A stretch of 64,000 nucleotides of DNA from Eledone cirrhosa (taxonomy: Eukaryota). This document shows positions 40,345 through 53,945 of this stretch, one piece after another. The position numbers and the translations under genes are program-made. Within the stretch, counting starts at the first letter, position 1; every line of letters starts with the position of its first letter. The DNA is taken from positions 6,882,001 through 6,946,000 of the forward strand of contig OZ024750.1 in NCBI GenBank assembly GCA_964016885.1, in the 5' to 3' direction. The notes under the pieces were generated by a model that did no database searches, had not been told where the DNA came from, and was given only the letters and a program-made list of their open reading frames with translations.

Positions 40345-41240
40345 ATCATCATCTCACATCAGTTTTTCCAAGTTTGCACAGGTTGGCCAGGTCAGTCCTT
40401 CGTCGTCATCTCCTCTGTGAGCTTCAGCAATTTGGGATCAGCTCTCACAACCTCTGCTCAGTTCTTCCTTGGTCTTCCTCTACTGAGAACTCTTGGCATT
40501 TCTTCACCTATCAATCAGCCACTTCTGCCCAGGTCTTCCTCGGTCTTCTTCTACTGCAGCTTCCTTCCACTGAGATTTCTTGGCATTTTTTCATCCATCA
40601 TCATCTATATGCATCACATGTCCATACCTGCACAGTCTTCTCTCTTACACACAACATCTGATTCCTCTTATACTCAGTACAGTCTTCTCTCTTACACACA
40701 ACATCTGATTCCTCTTATACTCAGTACAGTCTTCTCTCTTACACACAACATCTGATTCCTCTTATACTCAGTACAGTCTTCTCTCTTACACACAACATCT
40801 GGTTTCTCTTATACTCAGTACAGTCTTCTCTCTTACACACAACATCTGATTCCTCTTATACTCAGTACAGTCTTCTCTCTTACACACAACATCTGGTTTC
40901 TCTTATACTCAGTACAGTCTTCTCTCTTACACACAACATCTGATTCCTCTTATACTCAGTACAGTCTTCTCTCTTACATACAACATCTGATTCCTCTTAT
41001 ACTCAGTACAGTCTTCTCTCTTACACACAACATCTGGTTTCTCTTAGCTCATCTTTGCTTTGTTGTTCATGCACATTAACACTGCACATCCATCGAAGCA
41101 GGCTTGCATCAAGTCTCTTCAGCCTTCACATATTCTCTGCAGTCACTGCCCATGTCTCACACCTTTGCAACATTGCACACATCACACACCAGGCACACCA
41201 ACATCCAGCACTGCTTCGTTCATAGAGAGAGAAACCAGCT
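40345..41240 (-). mobile_element. RTE LINE 3' fragment containing an internally amplified 47-bp minisatellite (40633-41045)
   Basis: Homologous to 7625-8212; unit cagtcttctctcttacacacaacatctgattcctcttatactcagta x ~9. Confidence 0.85.
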
Positions 41241-41283
41241 ATTATTATGTTTGTGTAAATACCTGATAGTGACAGCTATAATT

Positions 41284-41694
41284 ATACTTATCCAAGTACC
41301 CTGGGCAATGTAGTTTCAGAATATATATGGTTATAGGGGTCTATCTCCAAAACCATAGGAGGAGTTTGTGAAATCTTGTTCCATTTATTGGCCAAAATTT
41401 TCACTATAGGGGGTTTAACTCCCTATAGGGTGTCTTATTTGCTGAAATTTGCTGAAATTTTGTGAATAGGCATCTTGTCATATACCTACAGTTTAAATTT
41501 CATATAAATTGAAGGGAAAAAATTTTCAGCGGGGCTTTGTACCCCCGGGGAACCCTTTCATTAAAATGAAATATACTTATCCAAGTACCCTGGGCAATGT
41601 AGTTTCAGAATATATATGGTTATGGGGGTCTATCTCCAAAACCATAGGAGGGGTTCGTGAATAAACAAACAGGAATACTACTTTATATAGAGGA
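41284..41694 (-). mobile_element. Non-autonomous Helitron-like element (5' part) with ~85-bp internal direct repeat
   Basis: Minus strand starts TCCTCTATATAAAG..TGTTTGTTT; 41284-41370 is repeated at 41573-41659. Confidence 0.5.
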
Positions 41695-42386
41695 CAGTGA
41701 CGTGTCAAAAGAGAAAGATGATGTCACACCTCCTCCTATGTTTAGCTTTGTATCTGTTCACTTTGTCATTCATCTCACTATGGGTGGTAGCTGTAATATA
41801 CTGAGGTTTAGTTAAGCTACTTAGAAATTTGGCTTTGTGCCTTTTTCAAAAGAAATTGTTTGGCTCACTTTGTATGTCATCCCCAAGGGTGGTTGATACA
41901 ATAAATCTCTGCCAAAACACTGGGGTGTGTCTAATTATCTACAATTAACTCCCATTGTTTCTAACCTTATGTCAGTATTAGAACTATTATTATTATTAAT
42001 AATTAATGCACTGGGTAATTGCTGGCCTTGTGCCAAAAGTAGAAACAATTATTATTATTATAGGGGCAGTGGATTGGCAGTACTGGTAGAGCATCAGACA
42101 ACATGCTTTAATCGACTTTCCCCTCCCACAAAATTGCTGGCCTTGTGCCCATTTAAGAAACCATTATTATTATTATAATGGGCTTTCTCCACAAATGTCC
42201 CTCGGAAGTCTCCCCCTATTGGGGAATTTTTCATTGATTTTTTTTTTGTTACATCCTCTGTTTTTGTTTTTTACATGCAGAAATGCCCTTTTGTACCGTC
42301 TTGTACCGTCCTGTACTGTCCTTAATGTCTATTTTATGTAAACCCTTGTGGTTAATAAAGTATTATTATTATTATTATTATTATAA

Positions 42387-42590
42387 GGGCAGTGGATTAG
42401 CAATATCGGTAGTGTGTCAGACATCATGCTTTGTGGCATAGAGTTGTGGCCATTCACTGTCTGAGTTCAAATCCCATCGAGATTAGCTTTGCCTTTCATC
42501 CACTCGGGGTCGATAAAATAAAGTACCAGTCACACACTGGGGTCGATTTAATCAAGTTTCCCTTCCCCTAAAATTGTTGGCCTAGCTGTT
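42387..42590 (+). mobile_element. SINE family 1
   Basis: Head, GAGTTCAAATCCC, body. Confidence 0.85.
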
Positions 42591-42719
42591 GTCTAAGCCT
42601 ATGCAAGAAATCAACATTTGGATTGGTTCCCTTCCATTTCTTTCAGCTCACAGTCATATTTATACAACTAATTCCTCTTCGTAACAAATATTTACCGTAT
42701 TCCAGGAGATTTTCCTGGC

Positions 42720-43432
42720 TATAATAAATGTATATATGCTGAGTGATTACATCGAAACTGTAATGGTGTGAGAGGATTATTAGATAATATGGCAGCTACA
42801 TTTAAGTGTAAAGTGTGACTGGAAGAAGCTACAGATGGAGAGGATGTTGTGTTGAATCTTGGGAATGGCACGAAGATGGAAAGTGTGAAAATATTTTGAG
42901 ATATGTTAAATGAAGAATGGAGAGGGTGGATGAGACTCTGTGATAGTATCTAGAGTGAGATGTACTTGGAAGAAGTTCTTGGAACTTATTGGTGTGTTAA
43001 AGAGGAGGGAAAGGCCATTGAAACTGAAGGGGAAGGTGTATGTTGTATGAGTGAAAAGTGTCAGTATTTATAGAATGTGAAGCAGTAGAGAAGGATGGAG
43101 AGAATGGAAATAAGAATGGTCCAATGGATAAGTGGAGTATCAGAGGGGGAGGTTGATAAATATTGAATTGTAGAGGATGAGGGAATAGAACCAGTGATGA
43201 ATGTTGGGAAGAGAAATGGAATGAGACGGTTTGGTCATGTGTTGAGGAAGGATGGTAGTGACTGGGTTGAAGGAGTGTTGGAAATAAATGTGGAAGGAAG
43301 TAGAGGAAAGGGAAGACCAAGAAAGACATGGTTAAATATGATGGGGGGGGAAATGAAAACCTGAAGGTTTGTATGGAAGGTATGCAGGCGATAGGGGAAA
43401 GTGGAGAAGTATGTCATGGGGACCTGCACAGC
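42720..43432 (+). mobile_element. Degenerate RTE LINE 3' fragment (second subfamily)
   Basis: SRVRCTWKKFLELIGVL, RRFGHVLRK, VEGSRGKGRPRKTW motifs across frameshifts. Confidence 0.8.
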
Positions 43433-43435
43433 TAA

Positions 43436-43660
43436 CTCCTTCTTTAGCATTTAAACCGGCCATATCCGGCCAGAATTCTCTCACCTCTTTCTGTTCAAAC
43501 CGGCTGTAACTGGCCACTCATACTGATATTAAGGTATTGTTCTCAAAATAAATAACATTGAAATCTCATAGATTCGATATTATGTAAAATAATTGTGAGA
43601 TAAAGCCTTTACCGCGAAAATACAGTAGTATATATATAGAGTAATGTAAATGCTAAAGGG
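43436..43660 (-). mobile_element. piggyBac-like MITE
   Basis: Same family as 20943-21164; ends gctaaaggg|TTAA. Confidence 0.85.
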
Positions 43661-44854
43661 TTAAAATGTTTGTTGTTGTTATTGTAGTCTGTGTTATTTT
43701 CTTATTTCCTATTTGGTAAAAGTATACCTTAAGAATACAGCGCCACATAGCTATGACTTGTAAATTTGTGGCCATTAGATCAACATCCAGCACTTAAACC
43801 ACTCAGCTACAAAGCTTACTTCTTATTTCTTGTATATTTGGATAGCTGTGTGAATTCACCAAAGTCTCTTTTCCTGCTGGATTACTGGTTACATCCTGAC
43901 TAGGTTGATTTTTCGACCTCAACTGACCCCTTATCCATCACCATGTTTCAGCTGCTTCTGCAGGAAACCAACTTTCACAATCCTCCAGTGAATTTAGATA
44001 TGGCTGAGAGACAAGCAATGTTGATAGCTGCTACAGAACTGCTTTGGAGAAATAGACTGACAAATAAACATATACACATACAAATACAAGGTAGAAGAAA
44101 TGTGTGTGTGTATTTGTTTGTCTGTATGTATGTATGTGTGTGTGACCTATCGACATTGTCAGCAATTTAACATTATGGAATATTTTCTGAAGAAAGTAAA
44201 AAGCTCTATTAATATTTATAAATCCTCAATTTCCATTATTATTTAATGGTTTCAGGTTTCAACAGAGTGTAATTATTTTTACAGAAACTTATCTCAGAAA
44301 AAAACTATTGAATCTCAATAAAAGAAATGTTTTTCTGAGTAAAAATAATGATTTTTTATTGAAAATTCTCTTAGAAAATTGGGGGAAATTATTTTTTTCT
44401 ATATTTATATTTGTTTCTACCATGGGATTTCTGGCAGGCAGACAAGAAACTATAGCTTTAGATGCACCAAGTACTTTAGTGTTGTACCAAGTATTTTAAT
44501 GTTGCACCAAGTGCATTAGTGTTGCACTAAGTACATTATAGTATCTAATAGCAAAACATCCTATATAATAACCTTGCAGTTGACAAATAGTTGACAAATT
44601 CTAAATAACATACTTGGTGCTAGTCGTGGATCATTGGGTCCTTTTATCACTTAGGAAGAAGAGCAGTACACATGACCCTTCTCTGTGCCTCTTAGACTGG
44701 TGGCAAAGGAAGAGCTTCCTTGACCATTTTCAGGGCCTTACATGACAGATGGGAGGGATTCTTTGACCATTATCAGGGGCTTCCATAACTAATGGGTGGG
44801 GGGAAAATATCCCCAAAGTGGAGACCTGCTCTGAAAGATAAATTTATGCAAGTA

Positions 44855-45102
44855 TTGAAGGATCCCTAGTAATAAACATCAACAGTTTAGGGGAGGGGGG
44901 TTGTCTTTATAACTGCAGTAATAACATTGGGTCTCAGTTTAGGGAGCTGTATGAAGGATCTCTAGTAATAAACATCAACAGTTTAGGGGGCTATCTGAAG
45001 GAACCCTAGTAATAAACATAGCAGTTTAGGGGGCTGTCTGAAGGAACCCTAGTAATAAATATAACAGTTTAGGAGGCTAAAGGGTCCTTAGTAATAAACA
45101 TG
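44855..45102. repeat. Degenerate ~40-bp repeat (gaaggaaccctagtaataaacat..agtttagg)
   Basis: 5-6 copies. Confidence 0.75.
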
Positions 45103-45869
45103 AAATAACCAATAATCTGAAAGGGTTAGTATCATGGCATATGTGTGTGTATTGTGTGGTGTGTATGTCTGATGTATGCCTGTGTGTGTGTGTATTGTGT
45201 GGTGTATATGTGTGTACATGTGTGATGTATGTGTATATCCAAGATATATAGCAAGACATGTTCCACTATTGTGAACTAATTCGAGATATTTAAACATTCC
45301 AAATGTTAATATACTTACACCAAATCCAACTTAAATTTTTCTACAGATTATATCTTGATCAGATAAACAAGATTTCTATATCAACCCCATCCTTAAACTG
45401 TCGACACCAACAAATGTAACTCTGTTCTCATCTCTCTCTCTCTTCCTAAAGCTGTTTATGACATTTACAGAATTTTAAAGCAATGCAAATAGATAGATAG
45501 ATAGATATATAGATATTATTTCTCATGCAATCAAAATGTTTAAATGTGTCATTATTTATTCAAACAAGCTCGTTTAATTAAAAATACATCCTGTTACATT
45601 TTAACGTATATAAAAGTTTGGGTTTTTTTTTCTTGTTTCCGTTTTCTCTGTTTGTTTTATTTTATTATTATTTTATTTTCTTAGTCAAGAAAGAACTCTC
45701 TACTTATTGCCCTTTTTTGAGGCTTTTGGGACAGGATGGTGGGAAGGGAGAGAGGGGTACCCTCAAACTGGAAACTTGGTCAGATGTTTGCAACAAAGAG
45801 GACTCCATGAAAGACACTCAATGGTGAAGTGATGCTGTAAAAACTGAGCGACATATATACATATTACTA

Positions 45870-46270
45870 AAAGTCTGTGATTGCTTGCTTGGCAGTGGAG
45901 ACTTCTGGTGTCCTTGGCCCTGGGGCTCCCTCCCTACTCACCACCATAGGCGCTGAGCTGGCCTGTCGCAGGCGTGAGCCTCGCGAGATGGAATGGCTCT
46001 TCCAGCACATCTCCCTTACCATCCTCCGGGGAAACACCTTCTCCATTCTGTCCTCCGGGGCTGTGGGAGGCCAGCACGTGGGAACCCATTGGCTCACCAT
46101 ACAGACAGAGGGGGGCGAGAGAGATGGAGGCGATGACGGTGGGAGTTGGGCTCTTCCACGTTCAGACCATATCCTTGTGGTTCTGTTTATCTCTGTAGAT
46201 ATTGTAATTGCCTCCTTCTACTTTACATTGTTAAGAAAGTAAGAAGAAAAAAAAAATGTAGATAAATAAA
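45870..46270 (+). mobile_element. CRE-clade (restriction-like endonuclease) non-LTR retrotransposon 3' fragment
   Basis: LAVETSGVLGPGAPSLLTTIGAEL..REMEWLFQHISLTILRGNTFSIL; A-rich tail. Confidence 0.75.
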
Positions 46271-46534
46271 GAATGAAACAAAGATGTTGGTTACAAAACT
46301 GGTCAAAGTCTAAATCTTTTAGTCATGAAAAACAAAGCAGATACTAAACAAAAGCCGACCAAATATTGTCATAGATTTGGAAAGGAAAAAATAAATATTT
46401 GGCAAGTTTTTATTGAATTATAAGTCATTGTCTTTTCTCCTCTGACCTTTAATAAATATCTCACTGTTGATTCATGCTAAAACCTGGTGTGATATTGCCT
46501 GCTGTAGCAGACATATTATACACACATAAACATA

Positions 46535-46758
46535 CAGGGTGTCCCCCAAAAATGTATACACACGTCAACAACATTCTAGTAAATATTGCCTGTACAGGTA
46601 ATCAAAGTGTGTATACATTTTTAGCCATATTATACACACACGTACATACAGGGTGTCCCCCAAAAATGTATACACACTTCAACAACATTCTAGTAAATAA
46701 TGCCTGTACAGGTAATCAAAGTGTGTATACATTTTTTGGGAGGGGGGGGGGCACCCTG
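46535..46758. mobile_element. Tc1/mariner-like MITE (one full copy 46649-46758 plus a truncated upstream duplicate)
   Basis: TA|CAGGGTGTCCCCCAAAA..TGTATACAC / GTGTATACA..GGGCACCCTG|TA. Confidence 0.75.
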
Positions 46759-47077
46759 TATATAAAATACTATAAAATAATGAAGCTATTGAATAGAACC
46801 AAAAGACCTTCGGTCGTTTTCTCACTCAATAAATAATTTAATTAAGTCTGTATCATTAAGACACTAACCCAAGAAAATTAGAGTGCACATTTTATATGTT
46901 AATTAGTGAGAAAAACGGTTTTGTGAGGGTAGAAACTTTGGTTTTATAATGTGTGTGTATGTATATATATGTGTGTGTGTATGTATATATATGTATATAT
47001 ATATATGTGTGTGTGTGTATATGTATGTGTGTGTATATATGTGTGTGTATATATGTGTGTATATATATATGTGTGTT

Positions 47078-47118
<41 letters not shown>

Positions 47119-47734
47119 ATATATATGTGTGTGTGTATATATATATATATATGTGTGTGTGTATGTGTGTGTCTGTATAATCATCATCGCCATTTAATGT
47201 TTATTTTCCATGCTTGCCTGGGTTAGAGATAGATTTAAATGTTGGCATGCCATGACAAATAAAACAATAAAATAGAATGAAAAGTATTTTTTGTTATATT
47301 CCATTTTTGTTGTTGGAATTACAAGAGTTTAGGAACCCTGATCACCTCTTCATTGTAACCCCACATTGTAGCCCCACAGGGTAGAACCAAGAATACACAC
47401 ATCTAATTCCTTAGCACTATAGTTTATAATGTATTCTGAAATCCCAACATTTCTACACATGGCTGAAACTAACTTCACGTCACACACATTCTAATAGTTT
47501 GTTGCAATAACATTACTGAGTGAACTTCCAATATATTTCATAGTTGTTTCTATTTCGGAGGGGTTGTAGTGCTTGAGATTACTTCAAGTGCCTCCGAAAT
47601 GTTCAGAGGCAAAGATAAAGAAAGCACAAGGAGCTGAAGAAATCGGAATTGGCTGGTGGGTGCTTTTTTTCCTATGGACACTCCACTTCAACCTACCTCT
47701 GTGCCAAGGACTACAGCAGCATTAGTAAAATAAA

Positions 47735-47934
47735 CAAATGCTGTCGACCATTGTGGTTCCAAGGAGGGGGCAGCAGAAACACCAGGTTCTATGATGCCCC
47801 AGAGGTGAAGCCAACTTCCCAACAATAAAAGAGAACCTCCTGAATTTCTGAAGAATCAGTTCCTCCAAGATACACCAGAGGCACGTCAACTCAGTAAATA
47901 CGTCCAAAAATACAATTCTGCTTTTCAGAGCTGA
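47735..47934 (+). mobile_element. Degenerate Helitron RepHel N-terminal fragment
   Basis: DHCGSK..ETPG..(C)PRGE..P..REPPEFLKNQFLQDTPEARQLSKYVQKYNSAFQ matches the Helitron zinc-finger / YNS.F motif; stops and frameshifts present. Confidence 0.7.
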
Positions 47935-48151
47935 CTGGAGCATGACAGACTTTCGATTCTGTACAACTTTCTCTCGGGTCTCAAATAATCCCCACCCACC
48001 CACCTCCACTGCCACTTATTAATTTTTCGGGGGGGGGGGGGGGGGTCCAACCCCCAACCCCTCTCTTATTCCACCCCTACACCTTTTAAAACCCTTTCCT
48101 TGCTTATTCTGATCCATTTATTTGGGACCTGAAAGTATAATATTCAGGTAC

Positions 48152-48361
48152 AATGCTGGGTAAAGAATTGCCAAGAAATCCCAGTAGATGGAAGACAGTA
48201 GAGGAAGACCACGAATGGGCGGAGGTGGTGAGAGCACACCTCAGATCGCTGAAGCTCACGGAGGAGATGACGAAGGACTGTGACAAATGGAGAGATGCTG
48301 TGCAGAATAGGACCATCCCACCCTTGCAATCAGGGAAAAGTGGACGTAAAATGATGATGAA
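48152..48361 (+). mobile_element. RTE LINE extreme 3' end with (TGA)n tail
   Basis: WAEVVRAHLRSLKLTEEMTKDCDKWRDAV, then cccttgcaatcagggaaaagtggacgtaaaa(tga)n. Confidence 0.9.
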
Positions 48362-49866
48362 TGCTACCATTTAAATGGCTGGTCTTCTGCCACTTCCAGA
48401 AGAGCCTCCCTAATATGAGATGGTTTACTTCATGAGTGACAACACCATTAGACAAGTCAAACTATTCTTTATCTTGAAATCTTGCATTAAACATGATGGA
48501 AATTCTGCTGTATTTTCCTACTTCAATGAAACTATATAACAATTCTATTTTATTGGTCAAATATCTCGTAATGTCATCATCATCATCATACATCAATTTT
48601 CCACATTGGCATGGGTTGGACAGATTGTCACGGTCCAAAACCAGACAGGTCAGAACAACCTGTCTTGCTCTTGCACGTACATTCTGTGTTTGGTTTCGTT
48701 TCTACGGTTGGATGCCTTTCTTAATGCCAACCACTTTACAGGATGTACTAGATACCATAAAGATTACTAGGTGCCTCTGTTAGTATGTATATGTGTGTAT
48801 GTAGATGTATACGTGTGTGTGTATATATGTATATATGTGTGTGTGTGTATGTTGCTGTCATAGATGCTAGTGAATCTACACAGTATATTGCTTGTCTTTG
48901 AGATTCATGCCAACTTCTATTTGCGTTTTGCTTCCAAGTTTCTAACGCTGTTTTTTTTTTCTTAACAGTAAACTTATTGTTTTTACCAAATTCTTCATTT
49001 ACCACCCACCCACACACACTTACATTCACATACACACACAAACACAAACCAATACACACAAACACACACACTCACATAATCTATTTAAACAAAATATTAA
49101 TAAGCACATATCCATACAGATAGGTCTAACTGTGTGTGTGTACAAGTGTGTGTGTGTTAATGGTACCAAATAAAGGATGGAATGTTGAGATAGATATCTT
49201 GTTAAATGGTTTCTTCTTACATAACTCACACGTCTTATGTTGTTGTTGTTGTTGATGTCTGTCTTAACTGCAGCCATTTGCATTTTTACTGCCAAATGGT
49301 TTTGTAACTCTCTACATTTAAAGTTAATATCTTTGAACTACTTTGTATCGCTGCTTGTCTGTCTTTGTTTATGTGTGTGTCTGTCTCTGTTTATGTGTGT
49401 GTCTGTCTCTGTTTATGTGTGTGTCTGTCTCTCTCTGTCTCTCTCTCTCTCTCTCTGTCTGTCTGTCTCTCTCTGTTTCTCTCTCTCTGTGTCTGTCTCT
49501 CTCTGTCTATCCCTCTCTCTGTCTCTCTCTCTCTCTCTGTCTCTGTGTGTCTGTCTCTCTCTCTGTCTCTTTCTGTGTCTGTGCATCTTTCTGTCTGTCT
49601 AGCTATCTGTCTGTCTCTCTCTCTCTCTCTCTCTGTCTGTCTGCCTATCTATCTATCTAGCTATCTATGAGGGTTGCACATTATTTTTTTCGGTGGTATG
49701 TGTTACCCATATAAACTGTCTCCCTCTATTGGGGAAAATCGACTAACTTTTTAAATTCCATTTGTGATAACATTTTACACGTTTTTATTGTATGTAAACT
49801 TCCCCCTTTGTATTTGTGCCCCTGTGGCTAATAAAGAAATATATCTATCTATATGTCTGACTGCTT

Positions 49867-49959
<93 letters not shown>

Positions 49960-50716
49960 TACATCAAGATGAGACAAAACTCTCAGATCTGCAATGGACT
50001 CTATACCTTCATCAAAACAATATTTTTAACACTATACCTCTACTTTTTCGTTTTGTTTGTTCTCCTCACTTTGACCTTTGTTTTTTTGTTATTTAACATT
50101 CATATTCCTATATTGCAGGATAATATTTCGTTGTTCTTAATCCTTCTCCAAACCTCAACATATTTCTAGAGGTTCAATTCAATAACATGTGCACATTCAT
50201 TTTTACATACGTCGACGAGAATTTGTTCATAACATATTTTTAGACTCAATTAAAGGCAGATGTTTATTGGTGTGAACTCCTACAAACACAGATATATAAT
50301 TATATACATACATGTGTACATTGAAGCACATTTGATTCCACTGTCTAAACATGCACAGAGCAGCACATTTTGGATATTTACAATTTGTTGTTCAACCCTC
50401 AGGCAGTCGTTAGAACATCAGATAGTGTTCTCTCAATTCAAATCCCATCAAGGTCAACTTTGCCTTTCATTCAATCAAGGTCGATAAAAAAAAAAGGTCC
50501 AGTCTAATACTGGGGTCAATTTTTCCTCTATATCTCTTTCTCTCACTCTCTCTACCCTTCTCTGGAAGAAATCTACTGTATTCAGCCCTAGAAATGCCGT
50601 ATGTCAAGATGGTATCCCTGATGACTCCCACGAGAATTATGGGTCTATATAACTATATCTTTTATTCAGAGATCTACATAGGACTATTGAAGCAATGTAT
50701 CCATATTTCCTTTTAA

Positions 50717-50936
50717 CCCTTTAGCATTTAAACCAGCCGTATCCGGCCAGAAATCTCTCACCTCCTTCTGTTCAATCCAGCTGTAACTTGTTGCTCATAC
50801 TGATATTAAGGTATTGTTCTCAAAATAAATAATATCAAAATTTCATAGCATTGATATTATCTGAGATAATATGCGAGGTAAAACCTTTACCGTGAAAATA
50901 TAATAGTATATATAGACTAATGTAAATGCTAAAGGG
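50717..50936 (-). mobile_element. piggyBac-like MITE
   Basis: TTAA|ccctttagcattta ... taaatgctaaaggg|TTAA. Confidence 0.9.
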
Positions 50937-50993
50937 TTAAATAGTTAGGTGGGATTTGAGAGAATTTGGCTGCTATGTATATATGTTAAGTGG

Positions 50994-51033
<40 letters not shown>

Positions 51034-51034
51034 G

Positions 51035-51345
51035 TGGTGCTTTTGTTGTTTGGATGAAAGCATCCATGTTTCACTTCCATATAGCAAGATTGGTTGAATT
51101 GTTTCTTGGAAGAGTCTGATCTTGGTGTGGTTGGAAAGATTTGAGCACCAAACTTGATCCATCTTGTTACAAGCTGACCATGCTTGGACCTTTCTGGTGG
51201 CGAAATCCTTCTTAGAGTCCATGATCCAGGACCCAAGATACTTGAAATCCTCGACTTGGCTTGATATCGCTGCCATTGATTGCTTTGACGTTGTTGCCTG
51301 TACAGTTTGATATGTACTCTGTTTTACCCTCATTGAGATAAAGGC
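51035..51345 (-). mobile_element. RTE-like LINE fragment (post-RT region)
   Basis: QVEDFKYLGSWI..RKVQAWSACNKMDQVW..TKIRLFQETIQPILLYGSETW. Confidence 0.85.
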
Positions 51346-51377
51346 CACACACACACATATAGTGCTATATATAAACT

Positions 51378-51431
<54 letters not shown>

Positions 51432-52248
51432 GCCTATGGTGATATTGGAAGACATTGCAGAAATTGTGTTTGGCTGATATTGAAATATTAAACAGTTTAC
51501 TGAATTATGCATTGGTTTTCAAGCATTTAATTAACATTTTCATAAAGAATTGATAATCATTTGTTTTTTTATATTCAATAATTAATATTTATAGTTTTAA
51601 TCTGCCTTCCTTTCCTGCAAAGAGAGAATATTATTATCAACATCAACATCATCAGCATCATCATCATCATCATCAGCATCATCATCATCATCATCATCAG
51701 CATCATCATCATCATCATCATCACCGACACCATCATCATCACCGACATCATTATCACCGTTATCATCACTTTTCAATGCTTGCATGGGTTAAATTGTGTG
51801 TGTGTGTGTTTATGTATGTATTTATTTATGTATGTATGTATGTATGTATACATATGTATACATGTTGTATGTGTGTGTGTGTGTGTGTATATATATAATG
51901 TATTGTGTGTGTATGTGTGTGTATATATATATATCATCATCATCATCGTTTTTACGCCTGCTTTTCCCTGTTTGCATATATACATGCTTGTTTATGTGTG
52001 TATATATGCATCATCATCATCATCATCATTGTTTAACGTCCATCTTCCACGCTAGCATGGGTTTGGATGGGAGTTTTCCCACTTGAGGCAAGAGTGGTTG
52101 TCTTGCTCGTATAGGACTGTCTGGCGGGTTTTCTACAGCTGGATGCCCTTCCTAACACCAACCACGTTTACAGTGTGGGGCTGGGAGGTTTTTACCGTGT
52201 TACCTACACGGCCACATTACAGTGTGGACTGTGTGTTTTTTTTTGTTT

Positions 52249-52284
<36 letters not shown>

Positions 52285-52526
52285 GCAATACTTGTGTGTG
52301 TGTGTGTGTATATATGTGTCTGTTTGTATATGTGTGTGTATATATATATAGAGGAGTGAAGAATAACACGGATCGGGTGTACAATAGTGTTTATTCCAAG
52401 TATTAACAAATGTTTCATTAGTCCAGTGTGTCTAAAAACTGCAATCTGCAGGGTGCTGCAGCACTCGATTTTAAGTGCAGTTTACACCAACCAAATTCTC
52501 AAAATACTTATTCCTGAACTATCCTC

Positions 52527-53382
<856 letters not shown>

Positions 53383-53456
53383 AATGTGCGTGTTGATGCT
53401 TTGTTATAATTTTATTTCTCTTCATTCTCGTTTCAGTGATGGATTAAATTTTAGTA

Positions 53457-53945
53457 ATGGCCACCTGCAGCAATGTGCAATGTTTGGATAAGCAGAGTAT
53501 TGAAGGTGATCCTGCTGATGACAGTGCTAGTGATATTTATAAGCCACCATCCAATTACTCCACATATTCCCAAGAGGTAAAATATATTTTTGAACCAACA
53601 TGCAGTCTTCCACACCAAGACTATTCCTACATCCAAGCCGGCTCCAGAAATGGAGCTTCGTCTGGTTCTATAAACAGCAAAATAATGACTGCTTCTAGTT
53701 TTTGTACACGGTCTTCTGGGTGTCATTCTCGGGGCAGTAATTACAAAATGGTCTCCTCCCATTATCACAGTCTTGAAGAATGCTACAAACAAGAAAACCG
53801 GTCCCCTTTCTCTGCTTTAAAAATAACAAATGTGAGAAATAGTTCTGAAAATTTAAATTACAGTCACCCGATAAAAGTTGACTGCAGAGAAAGCAAAGAT
53901 TTTGGACCGCCAAAACTAGCTCCTGTTAGTGGCATATTGACAAGA
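53457..53945 (+). CDS. LZTS2-like: First coding exon (exon 53437-53945) of a leucine zipper putative tumor suppressor (LZTS2/ProSAPiP1/N4BP3-like) gene; downstream exons not found in window
   Basis: Polypyrimidine acceptor tttcag at 53431-53436; ATG 53457; 163 complex codons; phase-0 donor GTAAGT at 53946. End of exon [13 protein letters not shown] resembles the LZTS motif PPKLIPVSGKLEK. Confidence 0.75.
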
